The position numbers and the translations under genes are program-made. A stretch of 64,000 nucleotides of DNA. Origin: Camelus ferus (Eukaryota). The stretch's first letter is position 1. Each line of letters opens with the position of its first letter. Location: contig NC_045697.1 in NCBI RefSeq assembly GCF_009834535.1, positions 98,272,001-98,336,000 on the forward strand. The letters run 5' to 3'. Shown piece by piece: positions 23,313 through 36,339 of the stretch. The notes under the pieces are model-generated. The model had not been told where the DNA came from. It worked only from the letters and a program-made list of their open reading frames with translations, and ran no database searches.

Positions 23313-24496
23313 CATATAGAAGAATTTCCTCCCTGATATAATTTCACTGTTCATTTCCTAACAGCAACTGTTGATGATTATGTGCCCTTGAATGGACTGC
23401 TCTTTTGAAGGAAATTACTTATTTGTATTATGTGAGTCAGGCTATGGGATCAACATTCTTGGTGGAACTGAAGCAGAAATAGAGAACTGTCATAAAATCT
23501 GAGCTCCTAAGATACTGGTTCAAAAATTGAGGAGCAACAAGTTGGTTGAAAAACAGATGAAAGCTATGCTATTCCAAGAAAAAGGGCATAGCCACACAAA
23601 TTTTATACTATTTTGGTAGTTTCACAGACCTCAGGACTGAGATTTCAATCATAAATTAACATGTTCCTAGGTCACAAATTTCAGGGCATGTCTCTATGTT
23701 AGCTTAGGAATGGGAAAACAGTATGTTCTACAACTAGACATGTTGTTGAAACATGAAGCAGGTCTCCAAATATCAAGAAACAAAACATGCTTGTTAATAA
23801 ACTTTCTAAGATAAAATAAAGTTTAGCAGTTAACCAATTCATACAATCCATTAAAAAAAAAAGCCAAAGCAGATAACTTTAAGTCCTAAAGTACAAGAAT
23901 TTATGGAGAAAAAATGTTAGGAATGGAATACAAATAAGGTAATTTTTTTAAAATCTTCCACAAATAAACTTGAAAATCTGTAATTGTGCCTATCCTTTGG
24001 TTCTGTACAAAGTAAAGCATTCTTTTAGGGCTTTGTGATTATTTCCCATACGATTACCTATTATATTATATCTAATAATTCAGCAAAAGAGAGGAACACT
24101 AGCAAGGTCTCAGCAATGACAGAAATTCCATGAAGGTATTAAGTTTGCTCACCTATCCGATTGCATAATTAAAGGAACAGTCAGGTCATGTCTACCAAGC
24201 AAAGTAAGCCTCTATGGAAAAAAAAAGAAAAAGGTATTATAATATAATGTAAAGCATTGCTTCACATTCTTAAAATGGAATATCACAGTGATCTATTTAT
24301 TTCATAAGAGTTCTAGGAGAATTAAATAAACTAAGATTTTTTTAAAAGTCTGTGTCCATATAAATAGTTAATAGCAAATGGATTGCATAGAGTATGTTAT
24401 AATGAATGAAAGATTTTTAAAGGACCCAGAGGAGGAAAATAGACATCATCAGAACAGCTGATTAAAAGGAAGGCAGAGGTGAAGGGACAATTCTTC

Positions 24497-24962
24497 TGTA
24501 CAGGATCTACTTGCCTCTTATTGTATAAGAAACTACCACCAAACTTAGTGGCTTTAAGTAAAAATTTGCTTGTGATTCTGTGGATCAGCAATTTGGAAGG
24601 GATTCACCTGGAACAGTTTCATCTCTGCTCCATGTGGTGTCACCTGGGCTCACTACATGTCTGGGATCTTAGCTGGCACAACTGGAATGGCTGAGATAAG
24701 CGGGGTATCTGGGTCTCTCTCACCCTCCAGGAGGCAGGGTTCTAAGAGAACTAAAACAAAAGCTTCCAAGTCTTCTAAGGTCTTGGCTCAGATCTCACAT
24801 AATGTCACTTTTGCCATAATGTATTGATCAAAGTGAGTCTCAAGATACCCCAGACACAAGCAGTGGGGAAAAGATAGCTCAGACATAATAAGCAGCAGGG
24901 AAATTGCTCCACCTCTTGATAGAAGAAATTGTAAAGTATTTGTGGCCATTTTTATCTACCAA
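24497..24962 (-). mobile_element. MLT1 (MLT1H-like) LTR
   Basis: 'ccaaacttagtggcttta...gattctgtggatcagcaatttgg...aatgtcacttttgccat...ctccacctcttgatagaag...tttgtggccattttt'. Confidence 0.8.
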
Positions 24963-25734
24963 AGACACTATTCTGTAAAACTGTACTTCATGCAACACAA
25001 GACTTTTTTTTTGGTAGAAAAGAGACTGCACTTCATTAAGACTATTGACCTGAGTGCTGAAGAATGATTAGCAGATAAATGTAGTTTGTAACTGTTTTTT
25101 GAGTGATTGCATTTTGTTAGGGGTAGAAGGTGCAGGACAGATGGAATGCTTGATAAATGATGTGTCCATTGGGAAAATTATTTTGGTAAAAAGTACCAGA
25201 AACTATAAGAAACTGTTCCCTCTATTTTTAATGACTATTGTAAAATGACAGATTAACAAATATGATGTGGATACTAACATATAAAATAAAATGGTTTTGT
25301 AATTCAACACTGAATACATGATACGATGAACCCATGGCCTTAGATAACCATGCCCAACTACCAAATAACCTATTGCTTACATAGAAAAAAATAATTTCAA
25401 TAGGAAAAAATGAGTTGTGATGTCAGATAATAAAAAATCTTTCCAGGTATTTTTTTCTCTACCTCTCCATTGTAAAAAAAAAAAAAGAAAGAAAGAAAAA
25501 AGAAAAGGAAAAAAAAGAAGAAATACAGAAACAAGCAGAGAGGAAATGTTACTAGATTTGCAGTTAGGAGATGTGTATTTTCGTCCTACTGTGCCAGGAA
25601 CTCAAGGCATGAATTCTATTAGATAGAGGTTTCTCTAAGTTATCAGAGTGGTAGTAGATGATCCACACAGTTCTTCCAGTTGTAATAATATCATACACAC
25701 ACATAGATATACATATATATAAACGCGCATGCAA

Positions 25735-25930
25735 ACTACTAAGTACAGGACAGATAAACAAGGTCCTACTGTATAACACAGGGAACTACATTCAATGGCT
25801 AATAGTAACCTGTAATGAAAAACAACATGTACAACTGAATCACTGTGTGGTACACCTGTAACTAACAAACACTGTAAATCAACTATACTTCAATTTTTTA
25901 TAATGGAGAAAGAAAAAATAAATAAATAAA
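25735..25930 (+). mobile_element. Artiodactyl L1 3' end
   Basis: 'gataaacaaggtcctactgtataacacagggaactacattcaa...ctgaatcac...gtaaatcaactatacttcaa'. Confidence 0.85.
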
Positions 25931-26634
25931 CTTGCAAGCAGACAGAGAAAGAACTCACAAAAACCAATAGTGTCTTGAAGAAAAGCACAATTGAAGAATT
26001 TATTTGTTGTTATTTCTCTTGGTCTTTTATTCCAAAGCTAATTATTCAAGAAATATTTATATCGCTAAATCCTTCATTTCATTTTAACAAAATCCTTTGA
26101 TATTCCATTTATGCTGAACATGGTAGACTTCTTTTTGAAGGATTCTTCTTAGTAAATATTAAAAAGACAATAATTCTACATTTGTCCCACTTTGCAGATA
26201 TCATAAAAACAAAATTATGGAATTCTAGAAATGGAAGGATCTAGTGCTACTTTGGTTTTTAGCCATGAAACGTATACTGCTAACTTTGCATTTGTAAAGT
26301 TCTATTTCCAAAGATTTTTTAACCATTGCCTGATGATGAATATTTCTTTGTACCTTTATGAATGAGGTATATAGACTCTATGAAAGCTGAAGGCTGACAG
26401 AACTGTACCAATTTTGCATATAGAAAAATTGACTAATAAATTGATGATAGAAGACTTACTGCCATATTCTTGTTAGCAGATGACAGATTAACAGATGGGA
26501 ACCCAAGTAATGGGAAAACTTAATCAGATTCAATATATTTCCTGCAAAGGCACATGAAACTTTTCCAGTTTTAGAAATGTACTTTGATAGGTTGATAAGC
26601 TTTAAATCAAATACGATTAACAGAGATTTATGCT

Positions 26635-28900
26635 ATCAATCATGATGGGGATCAGAGAACTGATTTATCCTCCCACCTAAAGCAACTAAAAGACAGACAA
26701 AATATATGGAAAAAATAGTTTTAGGACATTGAACATTAGACAACACAGAACAGTGATTACTAAGAGAGGGAAAAACAAATGAGATAAATCCTATAATACC
26801 TCAGCTAACTGCTTGAAGAGAGTTTCCATGATGTAGCACATAGAGAAGGAAGCCAGAAGGAGCTTAGAGGGATCTCAGTTGAAGAAATAAAGCTGAGGAC
26901 CCAGGGAGGACAAGACTCCCAGGATTTGTAAAGCAGAGTACCAGAGAGGAGAAATTACAGGAACTGCGGAAGATTTCACTTGAAATTTCATAGTAGTACT
27001 GGTTAGCACATATGTCTGAAAAAACTACGTGAGACTGAGGAAAGAAGCAGAACAGAAAAGCAGAGGGAAAAATCTTTGGAATTCACAAAGATCAGAAATA
27101 GTGTCTGTTCCCACCCATCAGAGAGGGAAATCATTGAATTCATGAGATATCAAATAGAGTGTCTAGAAGGTATTGCCTCAGTATTGGGGCAATATTAGAT
27201 GCAAGCTAAATGCTGCTCTGGTCCTGCCTCACAAGGTTTAAAAGGAAGCCTAAAAAAATCAAACCATTAAAGTTACTGAACTGCATCCCAAAACAAAGCT
27301 CAAAAATAGTTATAAACATTTCAAAAATATCCAACAGTCAACAAAGTAGAATTACAATGTCTGGCATCTAATCAAAAATCACCAGGCATGCAAAGAGGGA
27401 AGAAAATACAACCCATAATGAGGATAAAAATAAATCAAGCAAAACTGACCCAGAACTAACATAACTGGTAGAATTAGCAAAGACATTAAAATAATTATTA
27501 CATTTTCAAAAAGCTAGATGAAAAATTGCTCAGATTAGTAAAGACATGAAAGAAATTTTTAAAAAATAAAAACAAACTTCAAGAGATTTTTTAAAAATAA
27601 TGACTGAGATTTAAAAAATATCTTTGATGTTAAATGGAATTACCAGCAGATTAGACATTGCAGAAATAAAAAATCAGTGAACTTTGACCCCTAGCCCAGG
27701 AATGAAACAAAAAGTAAAAAGAGATTTTTTTACAAAAATAAACAAAGCAACAATGATCTGTGAAACTACATTCAGTGGGAGTCTCCAAAGGAGAGGAAAA
27801 GGAGTATATGAAAAACATTTGAAAAGTAATAGCTGATTTTTTTTCTCACATTTGATGAAAATTTTGAACCCACAGCTCCAAGAAGCTCCAAGAACCCCAA
27901 GCCTAGAAACATGGAGAAAATTAAACTAAGATACATCATAACTGAAATGCTTAAAACCAATGATAAAGAAAAAAAAAAATCTTAAAAGCAGCCAGAATAG
28001 AAAGAAATATCATGGACAGAAGAACAAAATAAGAATGAGAGTAGACTTCTCTTTGGAAAGAATGCAAACCAGAAGAACAACATACTTAAAGTACTGAAAG
28101 GGAAAAAAAGTCAACCTTGAATTCTATACCCAAAAATTAAGTCAAGATAAAGACTTTTCAGATATACAAGACCTGGAAGAATTCATCACCAGCTGACCTG
28201 CCCTACATGAGATATTTAAGAAAGTCATTCAGGCAGAAAGAAAACCAGATGGAAATCTAGATCTACATAAAGAAATGAAGAATGCCAAAAACGGGAATTA
28301 CGTGGATAAATATAAAGAATCTTTGTTCTTAGTTTTTATATACCTTTAACAGATTGACTTGTTAAAACAGAAATTATAATGTTGTGTGGGGTTTACAATG
28401 TATGTAGAAGTAAAATGTATAACAATAATAATACAATGGCCAGGATGTGGGAAATGGAATTTTATTGTTGTTAAGATCTTATACACACATGAAGTGGTAT
28501 AATATCACTTTAAGGTAGACTAAGACAAATTAAAGATCTATACTATAAACCATAAAACAACCACTAAAAAATACAAAACAAAGAGTTAGAACTAGTATAC
28601 TAGCCAACAAAATAGATAAATGGAATAATTTTAAAAATCCAAAAGAAGACAGGGAAGAACAAAGGCATGGGTCAAACAGAAAACAAACAGTAAGAGAGTC
28701 CATTTTAAGCCAGCTCTATCAATAATCACATTAAATGTAAATGGTTTTTACCCCAATTAAACAATTAAACACCCCAATTAAAAAGGAGAATTATTCAGAT
28801 GGGACCAAAACAACAACAATAAAAAAGCAAGACCCAACTATATGATCACTATAAGAAACCTACTTAAAAGGATGGGAAAAGGAACACTGGGTTAATGCTA
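26635..28900 (+). mobile_element. Old L1 (L1MC/L1MD-type): 5' UTR, ORF1 and start of ORF2, decayed
   Basis: A-rich ORF1-like 'gcagattagacattgcagaa...caagaagctccaagaacccc...cttaaaagcagccaga...agaattcatcaccagc' and ORF2 endonuclease start 'caataatcacattaaatgtaaatgg...aagcaagacccaactatatg'. Many stop codons. Confidence 0.85.
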
Positions 28901-29739
28901 GTCAAATATTATTAACATCCAAACTGAAACTTCAATAAAGAAGCCCTTGCCATTTGTATACATGAAAGCATAACATCCTAGATGCTTTTTTTTGGAAAAG
29001 TTCTATAATTGCCTTTTAAAATGGTAATTACACAATCTTGCATGCTAGTTCCCTGGGAGTTAAAGGAGAAATGAAAGCTCTGAAAACAGGAGATGAAAAT
29101 GTCTCTCTGTTTCATTTCTTCTCTTTTGGCTCTTTTTTTCTGTTGACTGAACAGTAAAAGAAAACAGCAACATAATCTTGAGTTCCTTTTGTTCAACGTA
29201 CCAACCGCATTATTGATCTGGTATCATAGTGTATATAAAGCAATGTTTGCTTCAGTGACTCCAAGCTGTATTCCAAATAAAAGGCTGTGTATATGAAGAC
29301 AGATTTCTACAAAGGTAAATTTAAGAGAAAATAATTTTTTAAACACATTGTTTTCCTTCCCACTCCATTTCTCTCATACAGAATTATCATCTAACCAAAT
29401 TATCTTGTTTTATCATACTAGATTATTGAACATCACTTAGCTTATTCAAAGATTTTTATCAAGTTACCTTTTGAGGAAATTCAGTTTTGTGCATGGATGA
29501 AGTACCCTAAGAGAAACTAAATACATAAATATTCAAAAGCAGTGCCTAGGGTTCATGGAGATACAGTTTATTTCTTCTTGTTTTGTGATCCAAGGTTTAT
29601 AAAGTTGGGTAAATGGGAAGTGAAGGCAAGGATAGGATATAAAACAGTAGCAGCAGCTGAATGTAGTCCAGGTTAGAGGAAGAGTAGGAGAGGAGGCATG
29701 AGATCCCTGCATGTCTGGCTTTGGCTGAAGAGAAGTAGA

Positions 29740-29940
29740 GATTGGACAAGGGGATGAATTCTAGGGTTTTGACTTTGGATACAAGCAATAAGAAACGGTA
29801 AAGAGAAACTGATTTGTCCATAAAGTGAATTCATATTGTAATTAGTTCTGGCTAGTGCAACCAGACAAAGGAAGGTGAGAGATTTCAAGAAAAGATTTGG
29901 AGATAAAATACAAGAAGTGAATAAATTTGGGTAGATTAGA
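29740..29940 (-). mobile_element. L2 fragment
   Basis: 'gggttttgactttgg...gagagatttcaagaaaagatttggagataaaatacaagaag'. Confidence 0.5.
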
Positions 29941-31689
29941 CCAGTGAGCTGCAGCTTGTCTTTAAAAGCTTTCAAATCAACCCCATGAACTTAATAAGCA
30001 TAATCTCGCTAGTACTCAGCATAGACTAAAGAGCTTTTGGTTCCTTTCTAGAACTGATATGCTTTGATCCAGCAAATACCCATTTTGACTATCCTAAGCT
30101 GAGAAGAATACCGCACAAGTACCTCTCCTTTGCGAATAGTCAGGCCAGCAAACTAAGGACACCAACACCAAGGGGATAGTCAGGGGAATGTTAGTTAAAA
30201 ATAAAGTTTAAAAATCTCCTTTGAAGACTCCCAAAATGCATTATCAACCTTAGCAGGTCCAGCTAACTCCTATTTGTCAAGGGTAGTAAGTCTTACCACA
30301 TGTAACAAAGGCAAGTTGCCAATTTTCAAAATAATTAGACTATAGTGAATGGCATGGCACTCTGTTGGTAGAGGAAGACATAACCAAATCACATGAACAT
30401 TCAGGATGAACATTCTGTAGCATCACAGCACTCTGATTCTGGGTGTGAGCTGGGGAGTAAGGTGCATGATAAATAGCAATTTTTAATTGTTTGAAATTTC
30501 ACAAAATGAGTTATTGCTGTATTGTTCTTATTCCCGTGTTGAAAATATAGAAGAAACCTAGATAAGAGGCCATGTTATCATATGACTCTGGGAACACCTG
30601 TTTGCTTCCACAAACAAAATGCCAGCTCTGAATAACAACAGAACAGTCTCATTTCTCCGTGTTGATCTTCAATGCCATACAATCTGCTGTGTGTGTGACA
30701 GGTCCTGATCCAGCAGTAGAGCTAAAACTGTTAAGAATTATCAAAACATCTGGGTTCAGTGTTGCCTGTAGATGAGTACAGGTGAGTAAGGGGAGAAAAC
30801 TATCCAACTGTCAAATGAAACTAATGCCTTTTAATTGTATTTGATTCTAATTCCTTACTATATTTGGGAAAGACTAATTATTGCTCCCTTTTCATAAATA
30901 GATGGAAATATTGTCCACCCAATTATCAATAAATTGATTCTGCCAGAACCTCTTGGAAAGAAACAGTCCTCTACCTTCTGTAATAAACACTACTCAGTCC
31001 CTCAAGAACTGAAAAAAAGGTAAGAGAGAATCCAAACATTCAATTCCAAACTGAATCCATGTCTTCTCTACTTATCAAAACAAACCATGTGAAACTTTTA
31101 AAATTAAGATATATTTGTTACAGCTCAGATATTCTGTAATCCATCGTTCTTGCCCAAAATGCATTCACGTAAGGTATATTCTGGACATGGTTCTGAGGGA
31201 GATCAAATGTGCAGTGGAATCTGTAAATATTAATATTTGCTAAGTTGAAGGAACACCTAGTAAGCTGAAAAGTCAAGCCAAGATGTAGAAAAAAATGATC
31301 CTCTGTTGTCTCCTTGGCAATCATTGCAAATAGAAACCCTGCGCATATTTGCTTTTCCTAAATTCAGTATTTTACTCCCCATCTTCATATCTATTATGGG
31401 TCTCTAACATAAGGAAGTACACCCATTAAAATCAAGGCAAATGAAAAAGTCGTTGGCTTCCTTAAACCCAAGAATATGACTCGATTAACATGTCATGTTT
31501 ACATTTAATATCAGTCTGGGTAGAAATCTTCAAGGATAATGCTGTTCAACTCTTAAAATCAGGGATGCTCAAAAGGCAGGGGTGAGGAAGATGTAGAATC
31601 GAGGTAAAGAGGATATGAGAAAAGACACCCGGGTAAGACAGGGAAGAACAAAAGCAGATTAGTAGGATAATCTCTGTCATTTTTGGAGC

Positions 31690-31870
31690 ATGCACCAACA
31701 ACTTTATTCCATCATCTCTAAGCCTTGTATAAATTTGCAGGGCAAATATTATAAGTCCCATTTTACCAATGAGGAAACAGAGGCTCAGGCAATTTAAATA
31801 AGGACCAAGGTCAAATACTTGTGCCAGAGTCATGTTTAAACAAGAGCCTCTCTAGTCTCAAAGCCCAAGT
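31690..31870 (-). mobile_element. MIR SINE
   Basis: Core 'cccattttaccaatgaggaaacagaggctcag'. Confidence 0.75.
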
Positions 31871-32309
31871 TTATTTCAGTAAGCCACAGAAGGAGGAGCC
31901 CTGAAGGCCTTACATGACCATTTTCAGAGATTAAATAGATAATGGAAAGCCACTGGAGGTTTTAAACAAGGGAGTGCTAACGTCAGATCTATATTTGTGG
32001 GAGAGTCCTCTGACAGCAAGAAGTGAAGTAAGGGAAGTGCAGTTACAAAATCTTTCCAAGAGCAAGGGTTCTAAGGGCCCAGATGCAGTCAGGAGAGCAT
32101 GCGTGAAAAGGCAAGGGCAGATGGAGGGCGAGGTGTGCAGGGATCGAAGCCACCCCACTTGGAAACTCATCAGTCAGAAATTGTCTTTCCAGATCTGGCT
32201 CCCAGGGCCTGCGCCCAAGCTCTGTCAGATTCCTCTGCCAGCCTAAAGTAAATCTACACACGGAGGCTGACTCTTTGACATCCCCTGATCATAGCAAAAA
32301 TAGATGTTC

Positions 32310-32500
32310 TTTATTGAGTGTTTATTCTATGCTGTCTCTGGGATAAACACAGTAAAGGTATCATCTCAGTTAATCCCCATAGTGGGAGATAGGTATAGTT
32401 ATCAGTCCATTTACAGGTAAAGAAACTGAGGCTCCTGGGTAAACTGCTAGTAATACCCAGCTCTGTACCCAATAGAAGCCTGTATGTTTACTGCAGGGCT
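32310..32500 (-). mobile_element. MIR SINE
   Basis: 'ttattgagtgtttattctatg...atctcagttaatcc...ccatttacaggtaaagaaactgaggct'. Confidence 0.7.
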
Positions 32501-32732
32501 GGGCTACCTCTCTGGAAATTGATCTAAAGCCTTCAGATTCTAAATCCAAATTCCTTCAGGGCATATTCAAAACTTCAGTCAAGAGGTCCAGAATTAAATA
32601 ATTGGCCAGCTCGGGCATACAGGGTTCCCTAGTGATGAAAATGTTTTTCCCTGTGAACCAGTAGAAGAGGAAGAGGAAGAGGAAAGAGGAAAGAGAGGAG
32701 GGGGAGGGGGAGGAGAAGTCAGCCTAATTTCT

Positions 32733-32901
32733 TTTTTTTTTTAATGAAAGCATAGTCAGTTTACAATGTTAAGTTCTGCTGTATGGCATAAAGTTTCAGA
32801 GATAAATAGAGATATATAAATATATAGATCTACACACACACATATTCCTTTTCATATAGTCAGTTTACAATGCTAAGTTCTGCTGTATGGCGTAATGTTT
32901 C

Positions 32902-32952
<51 letters not shown>

Positions 32953-33341
32953 CATATATATACACACATATTCCTTTTCATATTCTTTTTCATTATAGGC
33001 CATTACAAGGTATTGAATATAGTTCCTCATGCTATACAGTAGGACCTTGCTGTTTATCTATTATATATACAGCTAGTATTTGTAAATCTCAAACTCCCAA
33101 TTTATCCCTCCACCACCACCCCCTTACTCGCCTGATAACCTGATAAGTTTGTTTCCTATGGCTGTGAGTTTGTTTCTGTTTTGTAAATACATTTGTGTCA
33201 TTTTTTTAGATTCCACATATAAGTGATATCATATGGTATTTTTCTTTCTCTTTCTGGCATCCTTCACTTAGCATGATAATCTGCAGGTCTATCCATGCTG
33301 CTGCAAATGGCATTATTTTATTCTTTCTTATGGCTGAGTAG
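32733..33341 (-). mobile_element. Camelid/artiodactyl L1 3' end with an internal tandem duplication
   Basis: Poly-T, antisense 3' UTR and ORF2 end. 15-bp TSD gtcagcctaatttct (32718-32732) / gttagcctaatttct (33342-33356). Confidence 0.92.
32904..32946. repeat. (AT)n microsatellite, about 21 units
   Basis: Directly visible. Confidence 0.95.
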
Positions 33342-33629
33342 GTTAGCCTAATTTCTGTATTTCTGCAAAGTCGAGCAGCATGTCGGTGCCAGAGCCAGCC
33401 TTAGACCACCTGAGCTGCTCTTCTCAGGACAGGTTCCCTCTTCATTCCCAAGGTCCTCTGGCTGGGACATAACAAAGAGACTACCTCAGTCCTCCAAGAA
33501 AAGAAATGCTAAAAGTAAAATGTAATCTGTTGAGAACAAGGACATAACTTAAGATTTATTCAGGATTTGATTTTTTCAATATACAATGTGGTTTAACTTA
33601 ATTTTAATGAAGCCAGATTCCCCGCAGCC

Positions 33630-33770
33630 CATTCAAATTCAACCTAACAAATGTTTCTCGGCTATCAACTATAATGCCCTACGGGTAATTTGCTAAGCAC
33701 CACGAGGAATACAAAGATTTGCAAATATGTTAAAACATGGCCCCTGCCTTCAGTGAGCTTATGCTACAGG
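33630..33770 (-). mobile_element. L2 3' end
   Basis: 'cattcaaattcaacctaacaaatgttt...tgctaagcac...aaacatggcccctgccttcagtgagctta'. Confidence 0.6.
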
Positions 33771-34574
33771 ATATATAAATAGCGTTCAGATAACAACATC
33801 AAGCATTGTAAGGCAAAGGCCGTGAGCCAAGTCAGGATCTATCAATTCGGTAGAAAGTTGCCATCTTCAGATGATCTGTACACATCTCACCTCGTAGCTC
33901 TCTCAGGATCTGAAAAAAAGTAGTGCCTCAGGAGAATGTGTTCATGGTATGGATTTTCCAAAATAAACATCCCCAGTTCCTCCAACAATGCATAACATGA
34001 CTTAAAGACTCATGAATGCATTTGAGAAATACTGGCTTCAGCAGTAAAGAAGGTAAACATGTTAATAATGATGATAATGATGATGATGGAAAAAGCATGA
34101 TCCTTACTCCCAAGAACATTCTCAGTGGCCTAGGGCAGAAAGACAGGAAAAGAAACTCTGATGAGGAAATGAGAGGTGGGCTATAACCAGAACAAGAAGT
34201 GGAATTCAGAGTCACTTTCCGCACTGTGAGTTTGTCTGTGACCCTCTTGGAGTATGAGAAGAAAATGAAAATGTAACATTCAAAGACACCTTGAAATTGA
34301 CACTGCACTAGCCTAAATGTACTTTTCTCTGTCACCTGAGCTTTGAAGATTTAGCAGGAGTTGAGCAGGCAAAAGAGGCCAAGTAGAGGAGCAGGAGTTC
34401 CCTGGGAAAGAAACAGCATGAGCAAAGCCTGAAGGAGCCCCACCACCCCTGCTGCAGGTTCACCATTAGCTTCTGAGCAGCCAGCCTCCACGCTGCCATT
34501 TCTTCTGCTCTCAATCATTTCTCAGTCCTCAAGGAGACCAACACCCATAGCCACAATCAATCTCTTTCCAGTGT

Positions 34575-35348
34575 GCCCCTGTGACCTCCAGGTTGCCAAA
34601 TACTGTGACAACTCTCTTCGTATATCGTGTATTTCTAAAGTATACTTTCTTAACATTGTGCTTCCCTTCTCTTGGGCTACCCCAATCTCATTTATAGCAG
34701 ACTCCCCTTGCTACTCTGTGTATGCCATGTCTGTGCTGTTGTTTCTGGTGTCTACAGGTGATCTCTTCTTTCCTCATTTCCAAGTATCATCAGACGAGGC
34801 TCCACATGTGGGGCTATATCACAGCCCCCATCTGGGGCTCCAGACCCATATACCCAACTGCCAATAGGCAATCAATAGAGATCTTCCTAAGAAAACTCAA
34901 ACTGGACGTGTTCCTCAAACCTGTTCCTCCTTCTAAATTTCCTCTCTCATCAAATTACAACTTACCCAGTCACACTGGTAAGATTCTAGAAATCAACCTG
35001 AACTCCTTCTTCCTCCTTCCACCCCAATCAAAGTTCTGTTGGTACTAATTCCTTTATAATTCAAGAATCTGACCCTACCTTTCTATCTTTACTGCCTCAG
35101 ATCAGGCTCTCACAGCTTTTTACCTGGACAGTTGCATCAGTCATTTCACTGATCAGTTTTTTTGACTGATCATTTCCAATCCATCTTCCAAACTGAAGCC
35201 AGAGTGAGCATTCTAAATCACATTGTTAATCATGTCACCTACGGAAGCCCTTCATTAGTTCTCCATGTTTTTAGGGTGAAGTTAAACCTCTTACTTTGAC
35301 CAATAGTGGCCCCAGTCTACTTCTAGAATTATCTCCTGCCATTCACAA

Positions 35349-35391
<43 letters not shown>

Positions 35392-35720
35392 ACATTCCAG
35401 TCACTTCCCCCTCCCAAGTGCCCCAAGATCTTCTATGCCACAGCGTTTCCCACAAGTTTTTCCCTCTACATGGAAACCATTCTTCTTCTTCTGTCTCCAC
35501 CTGGTTCACTACTTCTGTCCATCAAGAACATACCCAAGGGTTAACCTCTTCTCTGTGCTGTCCCCTCCTATTGGGCCCCGTGTACTTTATTGTTGGCCTA
35601 CATATCAGGCACCATGGCTAGACTCTCTCCTTAGCCAGCAGACAATATGCATCACTAATTTGCACCTAGCACAGTAACTGGCACATATCAGGCACTCAAT
35701 AAATGCTTGCTAAGATAATG
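34575..35720 (+). mobile_element. L2 LINE 3' region
   Basis: 'ctccagacccatatacccaactgcc...caaacctgttcctccttc...gccagagtgagcattctaaa...cctagcacagtaactggcacatatcaggcactcaataaatgcttg'. Confidence 0.8.
35351..35390. repeat. (AC)20 microsatellite
   Basis: Directly visible. Confidence 0.97.
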
Positions 35721-36339
35721 ACCGAACAAACACACCATTTCTCACTGACACGGTTTCCAGACTCTTGCTTCCCTTTGCCTGTAGCTCATCAGATCCTGTG
35801 TCATCTCCATATGAACATGGAGTGCTGAGAACTCAACACAATATTAGACAGTAGTTCAGCCAGTGGTATTGGCCGACCCTTTGTGGGTCAGTGTTTTGGA
35901 GCCACAATGCAAGGCTCACATTTAACTTACTTTCAAATGAAATGGCAAGTTTTCTGTGGTTCATGCTTTTGGTAATAAATTTATGAAACTCATTTTTTTC
36001 ACTCTCTTCATCATAGACTTTTCTTTTTAAGTTTGATACTTTCATTTTGTTCCATTAGTAAATCTTATAAATGAAGACCCATAGTTTTAGCTTGGATTCT
36101 GAAGCAGTCATTCAGTATATTATTGCTAATTCTACTTGAATACATTTGCATATTAGGTAAGCATATATTTTATGTGTTAATCCAAGTTGTTAGGAAAACA
36201 AACAAACAAAAAAACCAAGTAATAGAATCTTGAAAAATGCTCTTAAATAATTGTCTCCAGATTAACTCTGATCAACTAATCCTCATTCTTGGGGTAAATT
36301 TCTTTAATCTCCTGGTTACAGCTCACACTTATGAGGTAT

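Noticed and set aside
35930..36045. Minus-strand exon-like ORF (MKVSNLKRKVYDEESEK...) ending at a GTAAGT donor
   Set aside because: There is an in-frame stop just upstream, the candidate acceptors give no open frame, and I see no partner exons or recognisable protein.
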